Source of the DNA: a bacterium
Lineage (GTDB): Bacteria; Actinomycetota; Coriobacteriia; Coriobacteriales; QAMH01
DNA length: 64,000 bases
Assembly: GCA_963642995.1 (NCBI GenBank)
Contig: CAVIIZ010000003.1
Location: forward strand, 58,492 to 122,491
Direction of reading: 5' to 3'
Each line of letters starts with the position of its first letter. Position 1 is the first letter of the stretch. Made by a program: the position numbers and the translations under genes. Under the pieces are notes generated by a model. The model worked only from the letters and a program-made list of their open reading frames with translations, made no database searches and was not told where the DNA came from. Below, in pieces: positions 52,601 through 61,313 of this stretch.

Positions 52601-53338
52601 CTGGCGGCGGCCGACCCGGATGACGCCGCGTCGGATTTCGTGGAGGCGGTCCCGGAGCCCGACGGCGTGGAGTGGGAGCGCATGGTGAAGCTGCGCTTCG
52701 AAAAGGAGATCGTCGGCATCTACGTGTCCGACCACCCGCTGTCGCCGTACGCGGGCCTGCTGCGCGAGCGCTCCAGCGCCTCGCTCGGGTCCATCGACGA
52801 CGCGGACGTGTTCACCGACGGCAAGACCTACGATTTCGCGGGCATGGTCTCGGCTTGCCAGATAAAGGTGACGAAGAAAAAGGACACCATGGCCATAGTC
52901 GCCCTCGAAGACCTCGAGGGGTCGGTGCCGTGCGTCGTGTGGCCGCGCACCCTCAAAGAGCTCGACGATACGGGCAGGCGCTCGATGATCGAGGAGGACT
53001 CCATCTTGCTGGTGCACGGCAGGCTCGAGCGCGGCGACCGCGGGGCGCAGGTGATCGTGGACAGCCTGGAGCCGCTCGACCCCGCGTCGCAAAGAAAGCG
53101 CGGGCCGTCGGCGCTGTCCATACACCTGAAATCCGAGGTTTTTTCCGATGCGGTGATGACGCGGCTGTCCGGCGTCTTCGAAAACTATCCGGGCGCGCAG
53201 CCCGTCACCTTGTTCATCGAGCAGAAAGACGGGCGGAAGTTTCGCGCGGAGCTGCCCGTGCAGGTGAACTGCGAGAGCCCCGAGCTCTTGGCGCAGGTGG
53301 GCTCGATCGTGGGAGATCGGGCCGTGAAGATGGTGTAG
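49667..53338 (+). CDS. dnaE: DNA polymerase III subunit alpha
   Basis: PHP domain FVHLHVHTEYSLLDG, ITDHGYMYG. Polymerase core GPGRGSAAGS, PDIDMDF. OB-fold C-terminus. Confidence 0.96.
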   Translation: MAEQDIPGFAAIKAASEGAGPVPTTCRETGNFVHLHVHTEYSLLDGVTRLGDLCSYAKELGMPAVAITDHGYMYGAAEFYRAAVDAGIKPIIGCEVYFTPAPTLDHAGQSRPELYHMLLLAKTNQGYRNLMRIVSDAAVEGMWYKPRVTLDSLRKYHDGILATSACIAGIIPKYLDQGQYEGAKEWAQTFIDIFGAEDFYIELQNQGPEIVTDHGLSQPRLNDLLCKLADELGLKTVGTNDLHYLKREDAAMQDLMLCIGMNKQVDDPTRMKFKNDQFYLKSYEEMAEALCEHPECLATTLEIADKCNVTIEFGNIILPRYPFLREGQTPEEALSEMALEGLKVRYGDPLPPEVLERFEHEYEIICTKGFAAYFLIVQEFAHWAKENGIGVGPGRGSAAGSIISYALDITTFDPLKNDLIFERFLSPERTEMPDIDMDFDDRRRLDVIQHCREVYGDERIAHVITYSKLKAKNAINDAARVLGFPVWKSQSITKLVGADPKATIDGTIEENPEFRKAYETDPDAARIIDAARSIEGLTRGEGVHASAVIICRDDVSDYVPVKYDTKGGVIITQYDGHMTADMGLLKMDFLGLRNLTVIQDALANIKRNFGVDVELNPHGQIDPAATRGAHPSIMTMDDPAIFELFARGDTASVFQVESPGMRALLKRMKPDRYDDIVAVLALYRPGPLGAGMVDDFVDRKLGRKPVTYYDERLKPILENTYGCIVYQEQVMRISVVMSGFTVGESDKVRKAVAKKKIALMREVVQTWADGTSETMEDHWMNGAERNGYSRKIAQTIWDDVLKFAEYAFNKSHSAAYGILTMQTAWLKAHYPNEFLAADLTSYMGKTDKTVKCVNGCRESGVAVLPPDINSSRTQFTPVAEGIRFGLAGLRGVGESVAEEIIAERERGGDFESLHDYLNRLPADACNRRVVEALVKSGAFDSTGYPRKQLWGFVEEGALLESATRRRNERETGQVSLFDLAAADPDDAASDFVEAVPEPDGVEWERMVKLRFEKEIVGIYVSDHPLSPYAGLLRERSSASLGSIDDADVFTDGKTYDFAGMVSACQIKVTKKKDTMAIVALEDLEGSVPCVVWPRTLKELDDTGRRSMIEEDSILLVHGRLERGDRGAQVIVDSLEPLDPASQRKRGPSALSIHLKSEVFSDAVMTRLSGVFENYPGAQPVTLFIEQKDGRKFRAELPVQVNCESPELLAQVGSIVGDRAVKMV

Positions 53339-53365
53339 GGGCGGCGCAGCGGAGCGCGGCGCGCG

Positions 53366-54160
53366 TCAGGCGACGGGTTCGCTCAGCGCGTTTTGGAGAT
53401 GGGCGCGGCGCGTTTTTCCGATGCCCAGCTGGCAGGCGATGAAGGGCTCCATCCCGCCATAGCGCTTGCCCACCTCGTCGTAGAACGCGCCGATGTTCTC
53501 CGGCGAGGCGCGGTGCGAATCGCACAGCTCGCGCGCCCGTTTCCCGTCGCCTTCGCACAGGCGCAAGAAGCGCTCGTAGGTGCCCTGGATATGGGCGTCG
53601 CGCGAGGCGTTCGTGGCAAGGTAGTCGGAAAGCACCGCGTCGGGTTGCGCCCCCAGCACCTCCAGCACGAGCGCGGAGAGTATGCCCGCCCGGTCTTTGC
53701 CGCCGGTGCAGTGCAGGTAGACGGGCATGCCGGATGCCGCGCGGGCAAAGAGCGCGTCGAGCGCGCGCGCCATCTGGGCGACGGTGGCGGGATTGGCCGT
53801 GGAGCGGTAGAAGTCGACTTGGTCGCAGGCGAAATCGTGGCCGATGCGTATGGTGCCCGGCAGCTTCTTCGTGTATTCCAGCCCCACGATGTCCTTGTCG
53901 TAGAAGGGGATGTGGAGGTTTTCGACGCCGTGCACGTCCGGGTCGGGGTTTGCGGCGCGCTCCCAGCCGCAGCGAAGGTCGATGACGCAGCGCACCCCGT
54001 GCTCGCCGAAAAGCGCGTCGAGGTCTCCCTCGCTTGCCGATGCCAGCGCCGCGCCCCGCAAGATCAGGCCGCGCTTCACGCACCGCGCGCCGCCGTCTGC
54101 GGGCGTGCCGCCCAAATCGCGCACGTTGCGCAAGCCCTCGAAGCGGATGGTCTTCGACAT
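53366..54160 (-). CDS. Tyrosine/dual-specificity protein phosphatase-family protein
   Basis: CX5R P-loop HCTGGKDRAG. N-terminal NVRDLGG motif. Confidence 0.85.
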   Translation of the reverse strand: MSKTIRFEGLRNVRDLGGTPADGGARCVKRGLILRGAALASASEGDLDALFGEHGVRCVIDLRCGWERAANPDPDVHGVENLHIPFYDKDIVGLEYTKKLPGTIRIGHDFACDQVDFYRSTANPATVAQMARALDALFARAASGMPVYLHCTGGKDRAGILSALVLEVLGAQPDAVLSDYLATNASRDAHIQGTYERFLRLCEGDGKRARELCDSHRASPENIGAFYDEVGKRYGGMEPFIACQLGIGKTRRAHLQNALSEPVA

Positions 54161-54170
54161 GCGCCCTTCC

Positions 54171-56771
54171 TCACCCTATCCCGAGTTCTTCGGCAAACCC
54201 CACGCGATAGCTGGAAAAGACGACGCTGCCCTCTTCTTGCGTCGCGTCCAAGTCCACGTCGCCTGCGATGCCGAAGTCGTCGTCGCCGTCCGAATCGTGG
54301 ACCATCTGGCGCACGTGCCAGACGCGCCCGGTCTTCTCGTGCGACTCGTCGATGGACAGGTAGCGCGCCGAGCGGGCGTCGCCGTCGAGCAGCACCTCGT
54401 CGTGGGCCTCGTGAAATTCGGCAAGCGCCGCCGTCCACGCCGCCTGGCCGAAGTGCGCGTCCTCGTCCATGGCGGCCAGCGCCCGCGCGTCGCCGCGCGC
54501 CATCTGCACCACGCGCGCGATGAGGGCGTTGCGCACGAGCAGCTGCACGGCACGTCGGTCGCGCACGACGACGTCTGCCGCCTGCGGCGCGGCCAGCCCG
54601 GCGCCCGCGTCCGCGTCTTCTCCGCCCGAAAGCCCCGCCCACTCGTCGAGCAGGCTCGAATCCGTGGTGCGCACGACCAGCCCCAGCCACTCGACTATCT
54701 CGTCCAGGCGTTCGTCGTAGGCGGCGTCCGGCACGGTCTTGTCGAGCACGCGCCACGCATCCGACAGATAGCGCAGCAGCGTGCCCTCCGAGCGCGCTAT
54801 GCCCAGCCGCGCGATGTAGCCCTTGAAGTCGCTTGCGCTTTCCACCATGTCGCGGAGAATGGATTTGCAGCTCAAGGTGAAGTCGGCGGCCCAGGGCACC
54901 TTCTCGCAGTAGGCGGCAAACGCCGGCTCCAGCAGCTCGGCCAGCGGCTTGGGGTGCTCGACTTCCTGCAGGCGCTCGATCCGCTCGTCGTAGTCGAGCC
55001 CGTCGGCCTTCATCTGCGCCATCGCGCGGTCGCGCTCCTGGCGCTGCTGGGCCCGCAGGATCTGCCAGGGGTCTTCGAGCGTGGCCTCCACCATGGATAT
55101 CAAGTCGAGCGCGTAGTCGTCGTCGTCGCGGTCGAGCAGCTCGATCGCGGCCAGCAGGAAAGGCGACAACGGCTGGTCGAGGGCCAGGTTGTCCGGCATC
55201 TCGCAGGCCAGCTGGTAGTAGGCGCCCTCCTCGTCGCAGCCCTCCTCGACGACGCCTGCGGCCATCAGGGTGGAAAATATCTCGGTGGCGCGCCGGTGCA
55301 GGCGCTCCTTTTCGGCAGGCTCTTGCGCGGAGTCGTCGATGAGCTTGTCCACGCGCGCGCGGGCGTCGCCTCCTTGGAGCACCTCGTTTAGCACCATGGA
55401 GTGGCTCACGCGCATGTGGGGGCGCAAGGTCTCGGGTGCAGCGGCCACGAGCTGCTCGAAGTGCTGCTTCGTCCAGCCCACGAAGCCCTTCGGCGCTGTC
55501 TTCACCTTCGCCCGCCGCGCCTTCTTCGCGTCCCCGCCCGCCTTTCTCAGCGCCCGCGCCCGCTCGATGTCGTACTCGGTGGCCTCGCACACGACGCGGC
55601 CGCACGCGTCGAATCCGCTGCGGCCGGCGCGGCCTGCTATCTGGTGGAACTCCCGCGCGTTCAATCGGCGCATGCGGCGCCCGTCGTATTTGGCCAGCGC
55701 CGTCAAGAGCACGGTGTGGATGGGCACGTTGATGCCGACGCCCAGGGTGTCGGTCCCGCATATCACGGGCAAAAGCCCTTGCTGCGCGAGCTTTTCGACG
55801 AGCAGGCGGTAGCGCGGCAGCATGCCGGCGTGGTGGACGCCGACCCCGCAGACGAGCAGGCGGCGCAACGCGCGCCCGAAGGCCGTGGAGAAGCGCACGC
55901 CCGCGATCGCCTCCTTCACCCGCTCGCGCTGCTCCTTGCTCGACACGCCGTAGCTGGCAAGCGCCTGGGCGCTCTTGTAGGCCGCGTCTTGGGCGAAATG
56001 CACGACGTAGATGGGGCTTGCGCCGGCCCGCAGCTCCAGCTCGACCGTGGCCTCGAGGGCCGTCTCGACGAACTCGTATTCGAGGGGGACGGGGCGCTCG
56101 GCCCGATCCAGCGTCTCCACGTGCCGGCCCGTGCGCGCCTCGAGCGAGGCCGCGATGGCGCCCGTGTCGCCCAACGTGGCGCTCATCAGCAGGAACTGCG
56201 CGTGCGGCAGGGTCAGCAGCGGCACCTGCCAAGCCCAGCCGCGTTGCGCGTCGCCGTAGTAGTGGAACTCGTCCATGACCACGCAGCCGATGTCGGCGCC
56301 GGCGCCCAGGCGCAGCGCGTCGTTTGCGAGTATCTCGGCCGTGCAGCAGATGACGGGCGCGTCCGTGTTCACCGCCACGTCGCCGGTGATCATGCCGACG
56401 TTGTCGCGGCCGAGCACGCGCACCATGTCGAAGAACTTCTCGGAGACCAGCGCCTTGATGGGGGCGGTGTAGCAGGCGCGGCGGTCCGTGCATATGGCGG
56501 TGAAGCACAGGCCCAGCGCGACGAGGGATTTGCCCGAGCCTGTGGGCGTGCCGAGTATGACGTGATCGCCGGCTGCAAGCGAGAGCAGCGCGTCTTCCTG
56601 GTGCGTCCACAGTTTCGTGCCGCGCGCCTCGACCCATCCCAAGAAGAGGTCGAGCGCCTCGTCGGCGCCGATGTCCGGCCACGCGCGCGCGTCGGCAGGC
56701 CAGGGGATCAGCGCGCCCAAGCTGCCCGCGTCCGCCTGCTCCTCTTCTGGCTGTGCCGTCTCGTTTTCCAT
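54171..56771 (-). CDS. DEAD/DEAH-box (Ski2-like) helicase with DUF3516-type C-terminal region
   Basis: GTPTGSGKS, VVMDEFHYYGD, MSATLG, HHAGMLPRYR. Long alpha-helical C-terminal half. Confidence 0.88.
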   Translation of the reverse strand: MENETAQPEEEQADAGSLGALIPWPADARAWPDIGADEALDLFLGWVEARGTKLWTHQEDALLSLAAGDHVILGTPTGSGKSLVALGLCFTAICTDRRACYTAPIKALVSEKFFDMVRVLGRDNVGMITGDVAVNTDAPVICCTAEILANDALRLGAGADIGCVVMDEFHYYGDAQRGWAWQVPLLTLPHAQFLLMSATLGDTGAIAASLEARTGRHVETLDRAERPVPLEYEFVETALEATVELELRAGASPIYVVHFAQDAAYKSAQALASYGVSSKEQRERVKEAIAGVRFSTAFGRALRRLLVCGVGVHHAGMLPRYRLLVEKLAQQGLLPVICGTDTLGVGINVPIHTVLLTALAKYDGRRMRRLNAREFHQIAGRAGRSGFDACGRVVCEATEYDIERARALRKAGGDAKKARRAKVKTAPKGFVGWTKQHFEQLVAAAPETLRPHMRVSHSMVLNEVLQGGDARARVDKLIDDSAQEPAEKERLHRRATEIFSTLMAAGVVEEGCDEEGAYYQLACEMPDNLALDQPLSPFLLAAIELLDRDDDDYALDLISMVEATLEDPWQILRAQQRQERDRAMAQMKADGLDYDERIERLQEVEHPKPLAELLEPAFAAYCEKVPWAADFTLSCKSILRDMVESASDFKGYIARLGIARSEGTLLRYLSDAWRVLDKTVPDAAYDERLDEIVEWLGLVVRTTDSSLLDEWAGLSGGEDADAGAGLAAPQAADVVVRDRRAVQLLVRNALIARVVQMARGDARALAAMDEDAHFGQAAWTAALAEFHEAHDEVLLDGDARSARYLSIDESHEKTGRVWHVRQMVHDSDGDDDFGIAGDVDLDATQEEGSVVFSSYRVGFAEELGIG

Positions 56772-56816
56772 GCGGGCGATTCTACCAGCACGTGCTTTTC
56801 TCGCGCGGTGCGGCCC

Positions 56817-57116
56817 TCACACGAGGCGCGCGTAGTCTTGCCGTTGGTGGAAGACGTGCGCGATCGTGCGCGCGGCGTCCTCTTGGAAATAGAGGATGAT
56901 GTAGTCGTCGAAGAGCAGCGCGTGGTAGCCCGCGTCGGCAAGTTCGGGGAAACGCGAGAGGGCATAATCGACCAGGCCTTCTTCCAAGTCCGCCACGCAT
57001 TTCCTGAGGTTCGCGTAGAACGAATCGGCTGCCGCTGGGTTCACGGACGACAGGTAGGCGAGAATCTCCTCGATGTCCTTGTGCGCTGAATCTTGTATTT
57101 CAATTTCACAGGCCAT
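56817..57116 (-). CDS. parE: ParE/RelE-superfamily type II toxin
   Basis: 99 aa, ...A..DIEEILAYL........A..F...L......L.....Y pattern, C-terminal IAHVFHQRQDY. An 11-nt overlap with the upstream antitoxin gene. Confidence 0.75.
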   Translation of the reverse strand: MACEIEIQDSAHKDIEEILAYLSSVNPAAADSFYANLRKCVADLEEGLVDYALSRFPELADAGYHALLFDDYIILYFQEDAARTIAHVFHQRQDYARLV

Positions 57117-57384
57117 ATTTCTCCGCGATTTCGTCGAGGACCTCGGAAGCGTCGCGGGCCAGCCCGTGCTCGCGCTCGTACTCCATGATGCGCAGCCTGG
57201 CGCGGAGCTTTTCCGCGGCCGCCTCGTCGCGCATGCGCTGGATGTCCTTGTAGTCCTCGCTGCGTATGCACACGAAGCGGTCGTAGCCGTTTTTCGTGAC
57301 GATGACGGGCGTGGGGGAGGTGGCGACCAGCTCGTCGAATTTGACGGTGTCGCGCATGTCTTTGATGGGCACGCAAGTGGGCAT
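57106..57384 (-). CDS. Phd/YefM-family type II antitoxin
   Basis: N-terminus IKDMRDTVKFDELVATSPTPVIVTKNGYDRFVCI is the Phd/YefM fold signature. AAAGGAG RBS. Confidence 0.8.
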   Translation of the reverse strand: MPTCVPIKDMRDTVKFDELVATSPTPVIVTKNGYDRFVCIRSEDYKDIQRMRDEAAAEKLRARLRIMEYEREHGLARDASEVLDEIAEKYGL

Positions 57385-57406
57385 GACGGTCTCCTTTCAC
57401 GAAAGT

Positions 57407-57439
57407 TGCATTATTGTAGCATTATCAAGTCGGGCGCAA
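57407..57439 (-). promoter_or_regulatory. Putative phd-parE promoter (TTGCGC - 15 nt - TACAAT) with a GCATTAT x2 direct repeat over the -10
   Basis: Minus strand reads TTGCGCccgacttgataatgcTACAAT. On the plus strand GCATTAT occurs at 57407-57413 and 57419-57425. Confidence 0.4.
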
Positions 57440-57709
57440 CCGTGCGAGAAAGCGCCGCCGCCGTGCTTGCGCGCGGGGGAAACGTGCTGATGGTGACGCG
57501 CGGGGACAGCGGTTTTTTACGCTCCATCTGCGACTTTTCGAAGATGCCGACGAGCTTGTGGTGGAGTGCGGGGCAGGCGGCGGTTTTGGTATCCTGCACG
57601 ATGAGGCGGCGCCTGCGAGCGTCGCGGCGGATGCGGGGCGCGACTGGGCGTGCGGGCGGCTCGTGCGGAGCTGCCGGGAAGGCGAAGACGGGAAGACGGG
57701 GTGGCGCAC

Positions 57710-58924
57710 ATGCGCGAGTTTGCCAAATCATCCAAGCTGCACGGCGTGGGCTACGACGTGCGCGGGCCGGTGGTCGAGGAGGCCGCCCGCATGGAGCAGA
57801 TGGGCACGCACGTCTTGAAGCTCAACATCGGCAACCCCGCGCCCTTCGGGTTTCGCACCCCCGACGAGGTGGTCTACGACATGTCGCGCCAGCTGGTCGA
57901 TTGCGAGGGCTACTCGCCGTCCAAGGGCCTCTATTCGGCGCGCAAGGCCATCATGCAGTACGCCCAGACGCGCCACCTGCCCAATGTCGACATCGAGCAC
58001 ATCTACACGGGCAACGGCGTCTCCGAGCTTATCAACCTGTGCATGCAGGCCCTGCTCGACGACGGCGACGAGATTCTGGTCCCGGCGCCGGACTACCCGC
58101 TGTGGACGGCGTGCGCGACGCTTGCGGGCGGCAGGCCCGTCCACTACGTCTGCGACGAGGAGGCCGGCTGGCTGCCCGACGTCGACGACATGCGCGCGAA
58201 GGTCTCCGATCGCACGAAGGCCGTCGTCATCATCAACCCGAACAATCCCACGGGCGCGCTCTACCCCAAAGAGCTGCTGCAAGAGATCGTCGAGCTTGCC
58301 CGCGAGAAGGAGCTCATCATATTCTCCGACGAGATCTACGACCGCCTGGTCATGGACGGCGCCGAGTTCACCTCCATAGCCTCGCTTGCCCCCGACCTGT
58401 TCTGCGTCACGTTTTCCGGCCTGTCGAAGTCGCACATGATCGCGGGCTACCGCGTGGGGTGGATGGTGCTGTCGGGCAATCTGGACGCGGCCGGCGGCTA
58501 CATCGAGGGGCTCGACATGCTCTCGAACATGCGCCTGTGCTCGAACGTGCCGGCGCAGTCCATCATCCAGACGGCGTTGTGGGGCCACCAGAGCGTGAAG
58601 GGCTACGTGGCAAGCGGCGGGCGCGTGCTCGAGCAGCGCGACTTCGTCTACGACGCGCTCAACGGCATCGACGGCATATCCGCGGTGAAGCCCAAGGCCG
58701 CCTTCTACATCTTCCCCAAGCTCGACGTGAAGAAGTTCAACATCACCGACGACGTGCGCTTCGCGCTGGACCTGCTGAAGGAGAAGAAGGTCTTGGTCGT
58801 GCAGGGCACGGGTTTCAACTGGGGTGCGCCCGACCATTTCCGCATCGTCTATTTGCCGCGCATCGACACCTTGCGCGAGGCCGTCGTGAAAATCGCGGAT
58901 TTCCTGGACGGCTATCGACAGTAG
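57710..58924 (+). CDS. Class I PLP-dependent aminotransferase (AlaA-like)
   Basis: LNIGNPAPFGF, INPNNPTGA, SGLSKSHMIAGYRVGW (PLP lysine). Confidence 0.9.
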   Translation: MREFAKSSKLHGVGYDVRGPVVEEAARMEQMGTHVLKLNIGNPAPFGFRTPDEVVYDMSRQLVDCEGYSPSKGLYSARKAIMQYAQTRHLPNVDIEHIYTGNGVSELINLCMQALLDDGDEILVPAPDYPLWTACATLAGGRPVHYVCDEEAGWLPDVDDMRAKVSDRTKAVVIINPNNPTGALYPKELLQEIVELAREKELIIFSDEIYDRLVMDGAEFTSIASLAPDLFCVTFSGLSKSHMIAGYRVGWMVLSGNLDAAGGYIEGLDMLSNMRLCSNVPAQSIIQTALWGHQSVKGYVASGGRVLEQRDFVYDALNGIDGISAVKPKAAFYIFPKLDVKKFNITDDVRFALDLLKEKKVLVVQGTGFNWGAPDHFRIVYLPRIDTLREAVVKIADFLDGYRQ

Positions 58925-59058
58925 GGGCGCCTTTTCTTCGGCGGCGCCCCATCTGCGGTTTCGCGCCGCGCGCTTTCGGGCACGCTTTTTTCGGGCAAAA
59001 GAGCCGCACCGAAGAAGGCGCCGTGCCGCGCATGCCCGCGCCGGCCCGCCTCCGCGTT

Positions 59059-61200
59059 TCACCCTTGCCGCAAAAGCGGCGTGAGCGTGCCGCACGCGAG
59101 CACGGACACCTCGCTCGTGGCCCGCGATATGGCCGTGTAGAGCCTGCGGCGGGCGAGGTCGGTGGCGGGGTAGATGCGCGCGTCGGCGCTGTCCACGACC
59201 ACGCGGTCGAACTCGAGGCCCTTGGCATGCGCGAGGTCGATGACGAGGACCCCGGACGCCGGCAGCGGGTCGTCTTCGCCTGCCACGACGGCGACGCCTT
59301 CCAGCGCCTCGCCCAGCGCGCGCGCCCTCTTCTTCCCGGGCGCGATCACCGCGCACAGCCCCTCCTTGCCGCGCGCCGCGTCCACGCGCTCCCGAAGCGC
59401 CGCGAGATAGGCGTCCTCGTCTGCCGCCACGGCGATGTCTGCCGGCGCGCCCTTGCGCTGCACGGAGTCGGCGTGCACGTGCTCGCCGGCGTCGAGAAGC
59501 GAGGCGAACAGCTCGGTGACCTGCGGGGTGCAGCGGTAGCTCGTGGCCAGGCGCATCTCGCAGACCTCTCCGTGCGTGGCGGCGAACACGTCTTTCACCT
59601 GCGAAAAGCTCGCGCAGCCCTCGCGTATGGCCTGGTTTTCGTCGCCCAGCAGCAGGAAATGGGCGCGGGGGAACTGGCGCGCCAGGACCATCAGCTGCGC
59701 CTCGCTGTAGTCTTGGACCTCGTCGACCATCACATAGCGCACCTCGCGCGCCGCCACGTCGGCCACGAGCAGGCGCAGGTACATCCACGTGGGCGCGTCC
59801 AGCGACCCGGCGCCCAAAAGCCGCATGCCCAGCTTGTCGAAGGCGATCCACGCGCCGGCGTCCACCAGCTCGCGGGCCGGCTGCCCGTAGACGGCCTCGG
59901 CATAGCGCCCCAGCAGCCGCGCGCACGTCTCGTCGTCTTCCTCGTCGAGGTCGACCGCCCGCCCGAACACGTCCATCATCGCGGGTATGTCGAGGGCCTC
60001 CACCTCGCGGCGCAGGGAGTCCTCGCGGGCGAGCTTTCTCACCCGGGCGTCGAGGCGCGCGTGCAGCTCGTCGCCTGCCAGGGCGGCCAGGCGCGGGCCG
60101 GGGGAGATGCGCTTGAACTTGCCCAGCACGCCTTTCACCTGGTTTGCGGACACGAGGACGCGCCCGCCGACGCATATGGGCTTGAGGTCGCCTGCCTCCA
60201 GCTGCGTGCCGCCCACCAGCTCCTCGAGGCGCCGCATCTGCGCCGCGCTTTCAGGCCCGCCCGCCGCGCGCCCCTCCAGGTCCAGCGAGGCGGCAAGCGA
60301 GCTCCACGTGAGTATGCGCGGGTTCTTCTCGCCCATGCCCGGCAGCACGTCGGCGATGTAGCTTGCAAACAGCGGGGAAGGGGTGAACAGGCGCATGAGG
60401 CCCGCGTCGAGGGTCTTTCGGTCTCGGTAGAGCAGCCAGGCGATGCGCTGCAGCATGACCGAGGTCTTGCCCGAGCCGGCGATGCCGTTCACCAGCATGA
60501 CGGGCACGTCGTCGTGGCGCACGATCTCGTTTTGCTCGCGCTGTATGGTCTGGGTGATGTCGCGCAGCTTGTCGGAGTGCCGCGACGACAGCGCCTTCAG
60601 CAGCAGCGGGTCTTGGATGGCCACGGTCGTGTCGAAGCAGGCCTTCAACCGGTCGCCCTCGACGTCGAACTGGCGGCGCACGCGCAAATCGCAGGCGATC
60701 TCGCGGCCGTTTGCCATGTAGGAGGTCGCGCCGGTGCTCTGGTTGTAGTAGGTCTCGGCCACCGGGCTGCGCCAGTCGACGACGATCTGCTTCATCGTGT
60801 CGGGGTCGCCCATCCCCGCGCGCCCTATGTAGACGTCGTCTTCTTTTCCGAGCTTCGGGAAGAACAGCTTCACCTTCGCGAAATAGGGGCGCTGCAAGAG
60901 CAGGTAGGCGCGGCGCAGCTCCTCTACTATCGCCTCCTGGCGGCGGTTGTACATGTCGATCACGTCGCTTACGCCCTTCATCTCCGTGAGCGACTCCTGG
61001 TCCCGCACGTCGTCGGAGAAATCGAGCGTCAGCTCCTCGTTCATGTCGTGCACGTCGGCTGCGGCGGCCGCCTCGTTTGCGGCGCGCTTTGCCTCCAGCT
61101 CGTCCCTTATCTCGGAAAGCCGTGCGTGCACCTCGCTCAGGTGCGCCTGCTCGGCGGCGAAAACCTCGTCCACTTCATGCTCCTCGTCGTCGTCTTCCAC
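59059..61200 (-). CDS. helD: HelD-type (UvrD-like, helicase IV family) ATP-dependent helicase
   Basis: GIAGSGKTSVMLQR (Walker A), VMVDEVQDY, LLLGDENQAI, KGLEFDRVVV. The start is uncertain: GTG 61200 was chosen, and downstream ATGs are possible. Confidence 0.85.
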   Translation of the reverse strand: MEDDDEEHEVDEVFAAEQAHLSEVHARLSEIRDELEAKRAANEAAAAADVHDMNEELTLDFSDDVRDQESLTEMKGVSDVIDMYNRRQEAIVEELRRAYLLLQRPYFAKVKLFFPKLGKEDDVYIGRAGMGDPDTMKQIVVDWRSPVAETYYNQSTGATSYMANGREIACDLRVRRQFDVEGDRLKACFDTTVAIQDPLLLKALSSRHSDKLRDITQTIQREQNEIVRHDDVPVMLVNGIAGSGKTSVMLQRIAWLLYRDRKTLDAGLMRLFTPSPLFASYIADVLPGMGEKNPRILTWSSLAASLDLEGRAAGGPESAAQMRRLEELVGGTQLEAGDLKPICVGGRVLVSANQVKGVLGKFKRISPGPRLAALAGDELHARLDARVRKLAREDSLRREVEALDIPAMMDVFGRAVDLDEEDDETCARLLGRYAEAVYGQPARELVDAGAWIAFDKLGMRLLGAGSLDAPTWMYLRLLVADVAAREVRYVMVDEVQDYSEAQLMVLARQFPRAHFLLLGDENQAIREGCASFSQVKDVFAATHGEVCEMRLATSYRCTPQVTELFASLLDAGEHVHADSVQRKGAPADIAVAADEDAYLAALRERVDAARGKEGLCAVIAPGKKRARALGEALEGVAVVAGEDDPLPASGVLVIDLAHAKGLEFDRVVVDSADARIYPATDLARRRLYTAISRATSEVSVLACGTLTPLLRQG

Positions 61201-61313
61201 GGTGAAGGGGCGCGCGGGCGCCGCGACCTTGCCGATGCCCCCCGCGCCCGTGCCCTGCGGCTGCTCCCGCCTCGCCTGCGGGATGCTTCCCGGGCGTTGC
61301 AGCGCCCCCTTTT

